The position numbers were made by a program, and so were the translations under genes. Source: a virus (Duplodnaviria > Caudoviricetes). From it: a stretch of DNA of 64,000 nucleotides. The notes under the pieces are model-generated. The model ran no database searches and was not told the DNA's origin. It worked only from the letters and a program-made list of their open reading frames with translations. Location of the stretch: the IMG/VR virus record IMGVR_UViG_3300028591_000008, positions 32,001 to 96,000 of that record; one strand, written 5' to 3'. Of the stretch, positions 46,568 to 58,002 are shown piece by piece; within the stretch, counting starts at the first letter, position 1, and each line of letters begins with the position of its first letter.

Positions 46568-46951
46568 ATGCCTATATATGAAAATTTAGATTTTAATTTA
46601 CTTGATTAGATTAATACGCTTGCCGCCAGATGGCTTGTATGGAATTCAAAAGAACAAAAAAAGCCGTTAGGAATAAAAAAGTTTACAAGAAAAAATTCAA
46701 CTCATATGTGGTTGTTATATATAATGAACTCTGTTAGTATCGTTACGGGTTATCCAGATTTTTATTTGGATTGTTCTTGGATTGATTATCTGTATATAAG
46801 ATTTATTAGAAAAATGCGGCATGTAAGAAAAGTAAATAAAAGTATAGATATTTTTTTAATTGAACCGGAAATTTTTACTAAAGAAGTTTGTGAAAAGTTT
46901 GATTATGATAAAAGTATAGTTGGTTATATTTATGAACAATATTGGAGGTAA
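46568..46951 (+). CDS. Hypothetical protein (TAG read-through)
   Basis: Start extended via TAG at 46607; promoter TTGATT-N17-TATAAT at 46499-46527. Confidence 0.6.
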
Positions 46952-46953
46952 TA

Positions 46954-47913
46954 ATGGTTGAAATAGGAATTCCTGTTTACAGAGCCAAAGCAACTTTACC
47001 GGACACTTTGGATTCTTTAGTTGTATAGACTTATAAAAGATTTATTGTGACACTTTCTATAGATGGCGATGGAGAAGATTATAGTGATATAGTTGATACA
47101 TATAGGGCGCGCGGGCTTAAAATTAGAGTTATAACATCGGCAGTAAATCATGGGCCAGGTATGGCACGGCAGCTTATACTTAATGCAACAATATGCGATT
47201 ATATAATGTTTGTTGACGCTGACGATTTACTTATGCCGCGTGCGGTTGAAGTTTTATATACACAAGCAAAAGCCGCAAATTATGATATACTTCAAGGAAG
47301 TTTTATTAAAGAATCAAAAACTTCAAATGATATGATGATGGCCTCTACAGACAACGTAATCACATGGTTTCATGGAAAGATCTATAAGGTAGATTATTTA
47401 AATAAGAAACATATTACTTTTCTTCCAGAGTTACGTGTTGATGAAGATGCATATTTTAATGCAATTGCTTGGAACTCTACAGAAAATAAAGGTGTAACTG
47501 GAGAAGTAGTATATCTTTGGCGTGATAATAAGTCTTCTGTTACTCGTGCGCTTCCACTAAAAGACTATTTCATTAAGACACATAATGATTATATCTATGG
47601 TCAAGTACAAGCATTAAAGAAGTTATTTGAAATAAATGAGTCTGTAAGTCAGTTACTTATTACAATGACTTTAATAAATATATATTATTTCTATATGAAG
47701 GCTCGTTTTTATAAATGTGATGAAACAGAAATGGATGAAATTATTTCTACTTTGAAAGATGAAAAGTGGATGCAGCTATGGCTTCAACAGGGTGAGAACT
47801 GGATGGATGTTATGGCTAATATAAAACCAGGGCAAATTTATGATGATGAATATGTAGTTTTTTATGAAGAAACATTCAATTTATGGGCCGCGCGCCTTCT
47901 AAGGAGAAACTAA
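46954..47913 (+). CDS. Family 2 glycosyltransferase
   Basis: IGIPVY...SLVV[TAG=Q]TY, NHGPGMAR, FVDADD and DED motifs. Confidence 0.85.
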
Positions 47914-47914
47914 A

Positions 47915-48454
47915 ATGTATAGTACTGGATTAAGAGTTGTAATTGTGAATGGTAAACCTGGAGTGGGGAAAAGTTTAATTGAAAAAATGGCAGAAGAGAT
48001 TCTTGGCCCAGCTTTTTGTGAACAGCGCTCAACAGTAGATAAGGTTAAAGAAATTGCTATAAATATTGGCTGGAATGGAGTAAAAGATTTAAAAAGTAGA
48101 AAATTACTTAGTGATCTAAAAGATATTTGCACTAAATATAATGATATGCCCATTAATGATATTATATCTTATTTAGGACGTTGGGAAGATGATTTGGCAT
48201 ATTATGGTGTAGAAAACTTGCCTCATGTATTTTTTATAGATGATAGAGAACCTGAACATATTGAACGGCTAAAGAACATTTTAAATGCTACTACTTTACT
48301 TGTGCGGCGGCCGGGTGATGAAGAAATAACAACTTCAAATCATGCAGATGAAAATGTTTTTGATTATGATTATGATTGGATAATTAATAATGATGGAACT
48401 ATTAATGATTTGCATGGAAGCGTTGAAAGATTTTTAAATTGGCTTTTTAGTTAA
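47915..48454 (+). CDS. P-loop nucleotide (dNMP) kinase-like protein
   Basis: GKPGVGKS, IDDREPE, NHAD and IINNDG motifs. Confidence 0.65.
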   Translation: MYSTGLRVVIVNGKPGVGKSLIEKMAEEILGPAFCEQRSTVDKVKEIAINIGWNGVKDLKSRKLLSDLKDICTKYNDMPINDIISYLGRWEDDLAYYGVENLPHVFFIDDREPEHIERLKNILNATTLLVRRPGDEEITTSNHADENVFDYDYDWIINNDGTINDLHGSVERFLNWLFS

Positions 48455-48499
48455 TTTTATGGTATAATTTATATATAAAATAGTAAAGGATGTATATAA

Positions 48500-49612
48500 A
48501 TGAAAGGTTACGTAAATGGAATTGATTGGATTAATGCGGAGGCAATGAAATACTGGAGTTTTACCGCAGCAACTCCGGCAGAAAAGCGTCATCAAGAAGC
48601 CCATAATATGGTATTTTCTGGTGATTACATAGGCGCTCTTAAAGTAGATGGATATTATGAGCGTCTTATTAAAGACGAAGATGGTAACTGCTTTATGGTT
48701 GCGCGCAGCAAGAATGTGAAAGGTGAAGCCACTGAAAAGCTTGCATGGGTGCCGCAGATTCATGACTTTATGGATGGCTTGCCGGATGGAACTGTTTTAC
48801 TTTCTGAGTGTTATCTGCCTGGTAATGAAGGAAGCCAGAAGATTACTGGTTTACTTGGATGTTTGAAGGATAGATGTATTGAGCGACAGGAGAAAAGCCA
48901 AAAGCTTCATTTCTATATTTTTGATGTGATGGCTTGGGCTGGAGCTGATTTTACTAAAATTCCATTTGAGCAGCGAGTTGATTTTCTTAAAACTGTTCCA
49001 TATGGTCATCCATGTGAATATGTTGAGTGGGCAACTTACTACGAGGGCGAAGAACTTTGGAATAAACTTCAGGACTATCTTGCTTCTGATCGTGAGGGCA
49101 TTGTAATTATGCGTAAAGATGCTCCTGTATATTTTAAACGGACGCCCGCGCGCGTAAGTCTCAAAATTAAGAAAGAACTTCGAGAGTCGATTGATTGTTT
49201 CTTTACTGGTAAGGCCGCCGCGCCCACAAAATATTATACTGGTAAAGAAATTGAAAATTGGAAATATTGGATTAACGAAACTACAGGAGAGCGGCTTCCC
49301 GAAGGCACTCATTATTATGAGTCTTCTATGGAAGGAAAGCCATATTCTGCAGTTACAAAACCATTTTACTACCATTGGGCAGGTAGTTTGGAAATTGGTC
49401 TTATGGATGGTGATAAAGAAGTTGGCATTGGTTATTTGAGTGGCCTTACCGATGAGGTTAAAGCTAATTATAAGGATTACACCCATTATGTAATTGAAGT
49501 CGGTGCAATGCAGTTGACACCAGATGGCGCGCTTCGCCATGGTAAAATGCTTGGATGGCGGCCGGATAAGCTCTGGCGTGAGTGTAGTATTGAACAAATT
49601 AAGAATATTTAA
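48500..49612 (+). CDS. ATP-dependent DNA ligase-like protein
   Basis: KVDG, FYIFDV, EGIV, KIK and LRHG...RPDK ligase motifs. Confidence 0.8.
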   Translation: MKGYVNGIDWINAEAMKYWSFTAATPAEKRHQEAHNMVFSGDYIGALKVDGYYERLIKDEDGNCFMVARSKNVKGEATEKLAWVPQIHDFMDGLPDGTVLLSECYLPGNEGSQKITGLLGCLKDRCIERQEKSQKLHFYIFDVMAWAGADFTKIPFEQRVDFLKTVPYGHPCEYVEWATYYEGEELWNKLQDYLASDREGIVIMRKDAPVYFKRTPARVSLKIKKELRESIDCFFTGKAAAPTKYYTGKEIENWKYWINETTGERLPEGTHYYESSMEGKPYSAVTKPFYYHWAGSLEIGLMDGDKEVGIGYLSGLTDEVKANYKDYTHYVIEVGAMQLTPDGALRHGKMLGWRPDKLWRECSIEQIKNI

Positions 49613-49659
49613 ATTCTTCTTTTTTGTATAGCCCATATCGTGAAATTCCACTTTATAAC

Positions 49660-50055
49660 ATGAGTAAGATAGAAGATAAATTTGCTTAGATCTTTATATC
49701 TGCTAATATACCATATGTTCGAGAAAAAACATTCCCTGAACTAAAAAATGGAATTTTACGATATGACTTTTATTTGCCGACTATGGGAATATTAATTGAA
49801 ATAGATTCAATGCTTCATTTTAAACCAATTCCCAAATTCCATAAAAGTAAAACGGACTTTACTCACGCATAGCAAAATGACCGACTAAAAAACAGCTTTG
49901 CGCTTTCGCATAATCTTCCTCTATATCGTATTCCTGAATGGGAGTTCTCTAACATAAAAAGTATTACAGATATATTATCGCCAAAGTTTCGAGTAACTAG
50001 TAAATGGCATAATGATCGTATATATCGTGAGTATTTAAAGGGGCAATAGCCCTAA
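49660..50055 (+). CDS. DUF559/Vsr-like endonuclease (TAG read-through)
   Basis: LRYDFYLP...LIEIDSMLHF...[Q]QNDRLKN...LYRIP; absent from ORF track. Confidence 0.7.
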
Positions 50056-50076
50056 TTTTTATGTGGGGGCCGCGAG

Positions 50077-50586
50077 ATGTTTGAAAATTTAAATTTATAG
50101 GGGGTCTGCAATATAATAATCCTTGTAAGTGCGGTTATTATTGCAGTAAAAAACATTTATGGTTTTATGAAAAAGCCAGTTGATGACCTCCATAGCCATG
50201 CTCATAAAGTAGAAAGACAACATATAGAAGAAGTTTTAAATGAAAAACTTCCAGAAGAGGTAGAAAAAAGACAAGAAACAATAATTGATTCACTTGAAGA
50301 AATAAAGGGACTTGTATTAGATCAACAACATAATTTTGATAAAATTTAGAAATCTGTTGATTTACTTAATGTCTCTCAAATGGATTTAATGAGATATAAT
50401 ATGAATCGACTTTATTATAAATATCGTCCTTTTAAAAAAATTTTAGACTGTGATAAGAAAGCATTTATGAAATTATATAATGATTATCATGATATGGGTG
50501 GCAATACTTGGATTGACACGTTGCATAATGAAGTTATGCATTGGGAAATTGTTGAGGACGAAGGCGAATTAAAAGTTGACAATTAA
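50077..50586 (+). CDS. Membrane protein with coiled coil (TAG read-through)
   Basis: N-terminal hydrophobic helix; joins track ORFs 50167..50349 and 50380..50586; LYNDYHDMGGN motif. Confidence 0.7.
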
Positions 50587-50604
50587 GTAAATATATGATA
50601 TAAT
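50576..50604 (+). promoter_or_regulatory. Consensus sigma70/SigA promoter
   Basis: TTGACA-N17-TATAAT with TG extension. Confidence 0.7.
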
Positions 50605-50650
50605 ATACATAGATTGAGAAATCTATGTATATTTTTTTGGAGTAAATAAA

Positions 50651-51661
50651 ATGGAATTATAGTATATTTATTTAATGGGTTTATCTGCATTAGCCATTTT
50701 TGTTATAGGATTAATTTTTATTGTTTATGGAATAAAAACCTCTCGTCTTAGTGCGGAATAGGCTGCAGAGAAACACAAGAAATATGTAGAGGAATTAACT
50801 AGAGAATAGGATGAAGAATATTAGAAATCTATTTAGTATTGTCAAGCTATAAAGAAAGATATATAGAAGGCCGAAGCTGATCGTAAAGTTGCTATGGAGA
50901 GGGCGGCCGAGGCATAGGTAGCGACAGATAAACTGCTCCAATCCGAACAGGGGCGACTGGCCGCAGAGCTTCAACGTAGGAAAGAATTGGAAGAAGTTAA
51001 ATTTGAATAGGAAAAAGAAAAAAGATAGCAATGGATTGATCTTTATTATGCTAAATTAAATGAACAAGAAGAACATGCTTATAAACAAAAGAGAGAAGAA
51101 TTATAGGCTGAAATTATATTATTATAGTGCGAGTTAAACGATTTTAAAGCTCGCCAAGACTCAATAAATGAAGCTATTCTTCGTCAAAAGGAACTTAAAG
51201 AAAAAGAAGCTTTTTACTCTATTCAAATCTCAGACAATGATAAAGAAGATATAAAAGTTTTATAGTCGATGGATCTAAAGCTTCATAATCGTGATGTAAT
51301 CCCCAAGCTTATTTGGGAATTATATATACGGCGGCCGGCGCAAGAAATGATTAAGCGAATAACAGGTGGCCGCAAAGTTAGCGGTATTTATAAAATCACA
51401 AATAAAGAAACTGGAGAGTCTTATATAGGGAAAACTACTGATTTTTCTACACGTTGGCAAAATCATTGCAAAACGGCAATTGGTCTTGAGGGTGCGGCCC
51501 GTGCGACTTTACATAATCGTTTAGCACAAGATGGATTATGGAATTATACATTTGAAATACTAGAAGAAGTAGACAAAGAAAATTTGTCTTCAAGAGAAGC
51601 ATTTTATATAGATTTATATGGAACAAAACAACAGCTTAATATGAAAGAAGGGAGTAAATAA
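50651..51661 (+). CDS. Membrane-anchored coiled-coil GIY-YIG nuclease (TAG read-through)
   Basis: N-terminal TM helix, about 170-aa charged coiled coil with about 12 TAGs, C-terminal GIYKITN...YIGKT. Confidence 0.78.
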
Positions 51662-52722
51662 TGCAACTTAGTAAACTACAAGAAAAAATCGTAAATACAA
51701 CTGAGCCATATGTTGCAGTATCCGCTGCGGCCGCGGCAGGAAAAACTGCAACGCTTACAGAACGTGTCCGAAAAATGCTTCGGGATGGAATTAATCCGTC
51801 TGATATAGCTGTAATTACTTTTACTAATTTGGCCGCGCAAGAGCTTAGAGATAGACTTGCTGATGATTATAAAAATGGAATTTATATTGGAACCATTCAT
51901 GGGCTTGCAAATTATTTTCTATTATCTCATGGAATTGATACTAGCGATTTGATTAAGAAAGAAGAATTCGATATGTTCTTTCAACGAATTAAAGAAAATC
52001 CTCATTGTATTAGGCACATCAAACATATTTTACTTGATGAGGCTCAAGATACTTCACCAGAAGAATATGAATTTATTTTTAATATGATTAAGCCAGAAAC
52101 CTTTTTTATTGTTGGAGATTTACGGCAGTCAATCTATTCTTTTAAAGGATGTGATCCTGATATATTTGATCATTTAATGGAAAATCCAGAAGTAACTGTA
52201 TATAGTTTAAATGAAAATTATCGAAATGGTAATAATATTCTTAATTATGCAAAAAAAATTCTTCAAAAAAGTTATATGGATGATGATTCTGTTGCTATGC
52301 GGCATGGCGGTACTGTATGGGAAGGAGAGGCTACTTTAGAAAATTTAAAAGGTTGGATTCAAAGTAAGGGAGAATATAGAGATTGGGCTGTATTATGTAC
52401 AACTAATGCTATAATTGATTATATTCGTACTAAACTTGAAAGTAATGGAATCCCAACTGTAACATTTCGTCAAGGCGACATAGATAAAACAAAACTTGAA
52501 GAATTAATGGCCTCAAATACTGTAAAAGTATTAACTTATTGGAGTGCAAAAGGATTAGAGTTTCCATATGTGGCAGCGTGGGAACCGAAGCAATGGGGCG
52601 GCGATGAAACTTATCGAGTTAATTATGTTGGAGCTACACGCGCGAAAGATGTTCTTCTTTGGATGAAAGAACCAAAGAAAGTAAAAAAAGCAACTAAAAA
52701 AGAAAAGAGTAAGTGGTTTTAA
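51661..52722 (+). CDS. Compact UvrD/Rep-like SF1 helicase
   Basis: AAAGKT, TFTN, TIHG, LDEAQD, VGDLRQSIY, NYR, SAKGLEF and YVGATRA motifs. Confidence 0.9.
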   Translation: MQLSKLQEKIVNTTEPYVAVSAAAAAGKTATLTERVRKMLRDGINPSDIAVITFTNLAAQELRDRLADDYKNGIYIGTIHGLANYFLLSHGIDTSDLIKKEEFDMFFQRIKENPHCIRHIKHILLDEAQDTSPEEYEFIFNMIKPETFFIVGDLRQSIYSFKGCDPDIFDHLMENPEVTVYSLNENYRNGNNILNYAKKILQKSYMDDDSVAMRHGGTVWEGEATLENLKGWIQSKGEYRDWAVLCTTNAIIDYIRTKLESNGIPTVTFRQGDIDKTKLEELMASNTVKVLTYWSAKGLEFPYVAAWEPKQWGGDETYRVNYVGATRAKDVLLWMKEPKKVKKATKKEKSKWF

Positions 52723-52738
52723 CACTTACTCTTTAAAA

Positions 52739-54241
52739 TTAAATTATTTCTAATTTATCTTTATCTACCCATCCATATGCAGTAGAAGTATTATCTACAT
52801 GCATTACATGATATGGGTGTTTTGTATTTGCATTATTACTAATCATAGTAATTTTTACTTTGCCAGGTTTACATGGGTATCCATTTGGAGCTATTGCACT
52901 AACATAATGCATATTGCCAGTAAAATTAACGATGTCTCCGACTTTAAGTTCTTTAGTGGCATTAGCATACGCTTTATTTAATGCAGCAAATGTTAATGGT
53001 CCAACTTCTCCATCTGTATGTAAACCGTATTCTCCTTGGAACTATAGAACTGCAGAAAGTGTATTTTTACCAAAGTCACTATCTGCACCATATGGGCCAC
53101 AGCTATATCCAAGTTTAATAAGTTTTTCTTGTAATTCTTTTACTACATTTCCAGTTGAGCCTTTTCTTAAAATTGTGGTTGTAGAGTACGTAGGAGTAGT
53201 ATTAATTTGATTTAAAGATTGCCACCGAGGTCTACCAAAACCAACTATACTCGTGTTGCCTCGAATATAGGTTCTGCGATTAACCTAATCGCTAGAGTTA
53301 CCTTCAATAACACTAATAGCCGACCAATTTTCTCCTAAACCAGTAACCGTTTCAACAATGCCAGTATGACTTATAGAACCATCATAAGAGAAGAACACTT
53401 GATCTCCTTTTTGTGGATAGTTATAAATTGCTCCATTGTTTTTATAATATGAAAAACTTGTACTACATTGCATTGAGCCGCGACCGAGAGTTTGGTATGT
53501 TAAAGAAGCTGCATTCTATACTCCAAATGCCGTTGAGAAACAATAGTGTACAAAAATATCACACCAAGGTACATTCTAAGCATTTGCACCATATAATTGA
53601 TTATCCCAATTACTTTCAGTATATTTTATATAGTTATCATTTCCTTCATGGTATCCAACTTCATTTTTAGCGACGCTTAAAAGTTTCTCAATACTTGAGG
53701 TTTGAGTAGCACTATTAATAATTGGTGTAGTGGAAGTAAGGGAATTTACTTGATTATACCATGCCTGCGCGTATTGATAACGAATAGAAATATTTTTTAC
53801 AGTAGGATTTTCCCATTTATCAAGTAGCTTCCAAGTTAATTCATACAAATTTGTGCTAGTTTTTAATGACTACCATATACCTGGGAAATCTTTCTAAAAT
53901 TCAATAATAAGATACTCTACTTGAGTATAAATATCTCCAATGGATTTTCCTTTAGACTTAGCATATTTTAAAAATCCATCTTTTCGGCTGTAGAAAGTCC
54001 ATTGTGGTAATCCATACCCGGCTGAGTCATGTACAAAGTTCGTATAACTACCATTATCTACTCGCTCAGTGTATTGAGCATCACTAAGTCCAAGACTTCT
54101 ATTTTTTGGATCTTCAAGGTTATTTACGATAAAAGCACTTTCTGCCTAAATATTTCCTAAAACTGCGCAGGCGCCTTCTTTAGTGACGCCTGCGGCGATT
54201 AATTGATTATAGATGTATTTTGCAACTTCTAGAGTTGTCAT
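52739..54241 (-). CDS. Multi-domain endolysin: phage tail-lysozyme + CHAP + peptidoglycan-binding domain (TAG read-through)
   Basis: GNI[Q]AES and GYGLPQW lysozyme motifs; VPWCDIFV, HTGIVE and IEGNS CHAP motifs; LQEKLIKLGY...DSDFG PG-binding motif; several in-frame TAGs. Confidence 0.85.
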
Positions 54242-54555
54242 TTATTTAACTCCTTAGATACATCACAGATTTTATCAATCATATCACTGATTACATCCCA
54301 ATCAATATCATAGTTTAATGTATTAGACATAGCTTCTAGTTCGCTCATAACCCATTCTTTTTTATCTGCGCCTTTGTCAAATTTTTCTTCAGCTTCCGCC
54401 ATTAAATTCATAACAAGTTTTAACATTTGATTCCAATTTTTTTCTTTTGTATTAGCTTGAATAAATTGAATTAATTTTACCATTAGTGGTACAAGTACTG
54501 CAATGCCACTAAGAATAGAAATAACTGCTTGAATCCAAAAATTAAACTGTCCCAT
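54238..54555 (-). CDS. Putative holin (LL-H-like)
   Basis: N-terminal TM helix, AEE...GADKK motif, directly upstream of endolysin. Confidence 0.65.
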   Translation of the reverse strand: MGQFNFWIQAVISILSGIAVLVPLMVKLIQFIQANTKEKNWNQMLKLVMNLMAEAEEKFDKGADKKEWVMSELEAMSNTLNYDIDWDVISDMIDKICDVSKELNK

Positions 54556-54565
54556 AATTTCCTCC

Positions 54566-54871
54566 TTATTGATTCATATAAAAGTTTTCTTTCATACTTT
54601 CTTGTATTGCTTTTCTTTGCCGTTCTTCGTCTTCGACTTGCCATTCATGTTCTTGATAACGGACTTTTGCCGCTTTTATCCAGCCCATAAATCCACATTC
54701 ACCAGTACAAGCAACAAAAAAACAAGTACATAGAGTATCTGGTATTCCTCCAGTAATTAAATAAATCCAGATCATAATAACAGTAAATATTATAACTGAA
54801 ATTCCAACCATTACTAGAATGAAATCCATTGTTTTCTTTTGAGTGTGTTTTGTATGTTTCATATAATTCAC
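54566..54871 (-). CDS. Two-TM membrane protein in lysis module
   Basis: Two hydrophobic segments; first gene of lysis operon. Confidence 0.65.
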   Translation of the reverse strand: MNYMKHTKHTQKKTMDFILVMVGISVIIFTVIMIWIYLITGGIPDTLCTCFFVACTGECGFMGWIKAAKVRYQEHEWQVEDEERQRKAIQESMKENFYMNQ

Positions 54872-55012
54872 TTCCTCTATATTATTAAGTAAATATAAAT
54901 TTGTCTTTACTATAGGAAAAGGATGTAATTATTAAGAACTTGCATTTTTATAATGAGTTAACCACTTTTAAATGTCAGGTTCTGACAAATAAAAATAGGA
55001 GGTACATTTATT

Positions 55013-55636
55013 ATGAATGATACCGAATTTGTAATTGATCTACCAGAAGAATTATTTGATACTAAACTACCAAATAGTTATAGTTTAAAATATTATTAGG
55101 ATTTAAGTAATCGAACTATTTGGATTAATGATGAAATTACTGGAGATCTTACACATGAGCTTGTGCATTATATTATGAAATGGAATAGAGAAGATAAAGA
55201 TATTCCAGAAATGAACCGAGTTCCAATAAAACTACTTTTTGATAGCCCAGGCGGTGATTTAGATGCTCAAGCTGCAATTTGTAGTATTATTGAGCTTTCA
55301 AAAACTCCTGTAATTGGTATAGCTATTGGTATGGTTGCTAGTGCAGCATCTTATATTTATCTTTCTTGCCATGTACGCTTAGCATTGAAGTCTAGTTATT
55401 TTATTCTTCATAAAGGAAGTGCGGCCCTTAGCGGAGATTTTGATAATATAATGAGTTCTATTGACGATTATAAGAAAGAAATTGATAAATTAATTAATTT
55501 CATAATTGAAAGAAGTAAATATACTCGTGCCGAAGTTGAAGAACAAATTAAGAAAGACTGGTACGTGCGTGCGCCCGAGGCATTGCAAAAAGGTTTAGTT
55601 GACGAAATTATAACTGATATTAATGCTTTGCTTTAA
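55013..55636 (+). CDS. clpP: ClpP-like protease
   Basis: DSPGG, VASAAS (Ser), HKG (His), DWY (Asp); start extended via TAG at 55097. Confidence 0.85.
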
Positions 55637-55647
55637 GGGGTGAACTT

Positions 55648-56472
55648 ATGTATACTGGATATAAAGAATTTGTTTGCACTGATAATAATTTAGCTGATTT
55701 TTATACCAATTCTGATTAGCTGGCCGCCCAGTTCATAGAGAACGAATATTTATTAATTAGTGATATGGATGGAAAGGTAGTTGATAAGTACTGCTTCCAA
55801 AATGGTTAGTTTAGAAAAGTTTTATTTCCAACTATTAATAATAAGTTTACAAAAACTATTAAACCGCGTAACGATCAATAGGTTTTGGCATTAGATTTAC
55901 TTCAAGATAGGCGTTCCAAAGTTAAGCTGATACGTGGCGTATATGGAAGTGGTAAAGACTTCCTCATGTTAAATTAGGCTCTTGACTATATTGAAAGTGG
56001 AGAGTTTGAAAAGATTGTGTATATACGTCCAAATGTAACTGTTGCTAATGTACCTGATATTGGATACTTAAAGGGCAGTCTTGAAGAGAAATTAGAATGG
56101 ACGCTTGCACCGCTTTATGATAAAGTTGGTGGACGTGATGGTGTTGAAATGTTAATTGATCGTAGTCAGCTTGAAATGGTTCCATTACTTCATATACGCG
56201 GCCGCAGCTTTGAGAATAGTTTGATTTATGTTTGTGAAGCATAGAATATTACAAGTGAAATAGCAAAGCTTATTATTAGCCGTGTTGGAGAAGGAAGCGA
56301 GCTTTGGTTAAATTCTGATACACATCAAACTGATAATAAGGTATACGAGAAAGATAATGGCATTATTAAAATGATAGATAAACTAAGCGGTAATAAATTA
56401 TTTGGTTATGTTTATCTACCAAAGACCGAACGTGGCGAAGTCGCTGAATTGGCGACTTTATTAGATGATTAA
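55648..56472 (+). CDS. phoH: PhoH-like protein (TAG read-through)
   Basis: PRNDQ[Q], GVYGSGKD, IGYLKGSLEEK, RGRSF, CEA[Q]N, SRVGEGS and DTHQTD motifs. Confidence 0.85.
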
Positions 56473-56689
56473 AGGAGAGGGGAACCTCTCCTTTAAATTT
56501 GCTTTTTTAAAAATTTCTTGGTATAATATATATAGAATAGAGAGGAGTAAATTATGATTACTATAAAAAGTTTTTATATTAATGGGAAAAAACTTTATCG
56601 TGTAGCTGAGTCGACAAAAAATGGTATAAAAATAAGCTGGTGTACACTTGAAGAAGTATTGCGCATTCTTTCCACAAGGGAGGAAGAAT

Positions 56690-57511
56690 ATGATTAAAAA
56701 TTGGTTAGTGCGAGGAGATACTCACGGTAATTTCTCGTGGATGTATAATGGTAGTTTAAATAACTATAAACCTGAAGAAACAGCAATCATTATTCTCGGT
56801 GATGCAGGATTTAACTTTTATTTAAATAAAACAGATGAACGCAAGAAAAAAGAAGTTAATGATCTACATTATACTTTTTACTGTGTGCGTGGGAATCATG
56901 AGGCGCGGCCAAGTGATATTCCTGGTATGTTGGAAGTCTTTGATCCAGAAGTAGATGGATATGTATATCTCCAGAATGATTACCCGTATATTCGTTATTT
57001 CAAAGATTACGCAATATATAATATTAATGGATACTCTGTTGGTGTGATTGGTGGCGCATATTCTGTTGATAAATGGTATAGACTTGCGCGGGCTGGATAT
57101 CTTACTCCAAATTATAACGATCCTAAAAAAACAGGATGGTTCTCTAATGAACAGTTAAACAATGAGGAAATGGAAGCAGCTGAATATTTGTTTAAAGGGA
57201 AGAAACTAGATTTCGTATTAACTCATACTTGTCCACATTCTTGGCGGCCGACAGATCTTTTCCTTTCTGGAATTGATCAGTCTTTAGTTGATAATACAAT
57301 GGAACTTTGGATGGATGAGTTGAAAGATAAATTTCAATGGAATATATGGTTATTTGGACATTATCATGCTGACCGTTTGGAGCGGCCGCGCGTAGAAATG
57401 TATTATAACAATCTTGATGAATTAGAAATTATCTACGAAAGATGGCGTCAATATGATAGCACTGGTACTCTTCCTTGGTGGATTACAAAAAGTCCTAATT
57501 TTGACTTTTAA
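56690..57511 (+). CDS. Calcineurin-like metallophosphoesterase
   Basis: GDTHG, LGD, GNHE, THTCP and FGHYH motifs. Confidence 0.85.
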   Translation: MIKNWLVRGDTHGNFSWMYNGSLNNYKPEETAIIILGDAGFNFYLNKTDERKKKEVNDLHYTFYCVRGNHEARPSDIPGMLEVFDPEVDGYVYLQNDYPYIRYFKDYAIYNINGYSVGVIGGAYSVDKWYRLARAGYLTPNYNDPKKTGWFSNEQLNNEEMEAAEYLFKGKKLDFVLTHTCPHSWRPTDLFLSGIDQSLVDNTMELWMDELKDKFQWNIWLFGHYHADRLERPRVEMYYNNLDELEIIYERWRQYDSTGTLPWWITKSPNFDF

Positions 57512-57559
57512 ATAATTTTATGTTACAATATATATACAAAATGAAAAAGGAGCAAAAAG

Positions 57560-57724
57560 ATGGCTAAACGCGATAAAAATCGTTCTTATAATGAGTGGGA
57601 AGATGATTGGTCTGATTACGCCGAGGAAGATTCAAAAAAAGAGCGAGAAATTGATCGACGTAATAAGCGTGCGCAGAAGCACATAATTACTACTACTACT
57701 GAAGATTGGAATGATGAAGATTGA
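57560..57724 (+). CDS. Small charged hypothetical protein
   Basis: AAGGAG RBS, promoter at 57501-57529, 54-aa ORF. Confidence 0.55.
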   Translation: MAKRDKNRSYNEWEDDWSDYAEEDSKKEREIDRRNKRAQKHIITTTTEDWNDED

Positions 57725-58002
57725 AGCGCGTAACTCAAGATGATATAATTGCGATGAATGAAGCATATCTGGCCTGTGGTACTTATAGTGGCGCGGCCAA
57801 GGCTACAGGTTGGAGTGCTTCTACTGTAAAAAAATATATTATACCTGATTATAAAGGTGAGCAAAAAGTTGAAGTTATTGATATTGAACTTCCACCTATT
57901 GAAGAAATCGCAGATAAATTACTACCATGGTATGATCTAACTTGTCTGACTCCAGAAGAAGAAAAAGAAATTAAGCAGCTTTGGAAGGAAATGCTTGTAT
58001 GA
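57721..58002 (+). CDS. HTH-domain protein
   Basis: TYSGAAKATGWSASTVKKY helix-turn-helix pattern. Confidence 0.65.
   Translation: MKRVTQDDIIAMNEAYLACGTYSGAAKATGWSASTVKKYIIPDYKGEQKVEVIDIELPPIEEIADKLLPWYDLTCLTPEEEKEIKQLWKEMLV

Noticed and set aside
48851-49651. 266-aa minus-strand ORF and the many other short antisense ORFs in the track
   Set aside because: They are shadows of well-supported genes on the opposite strand, with no RBS or motifs.
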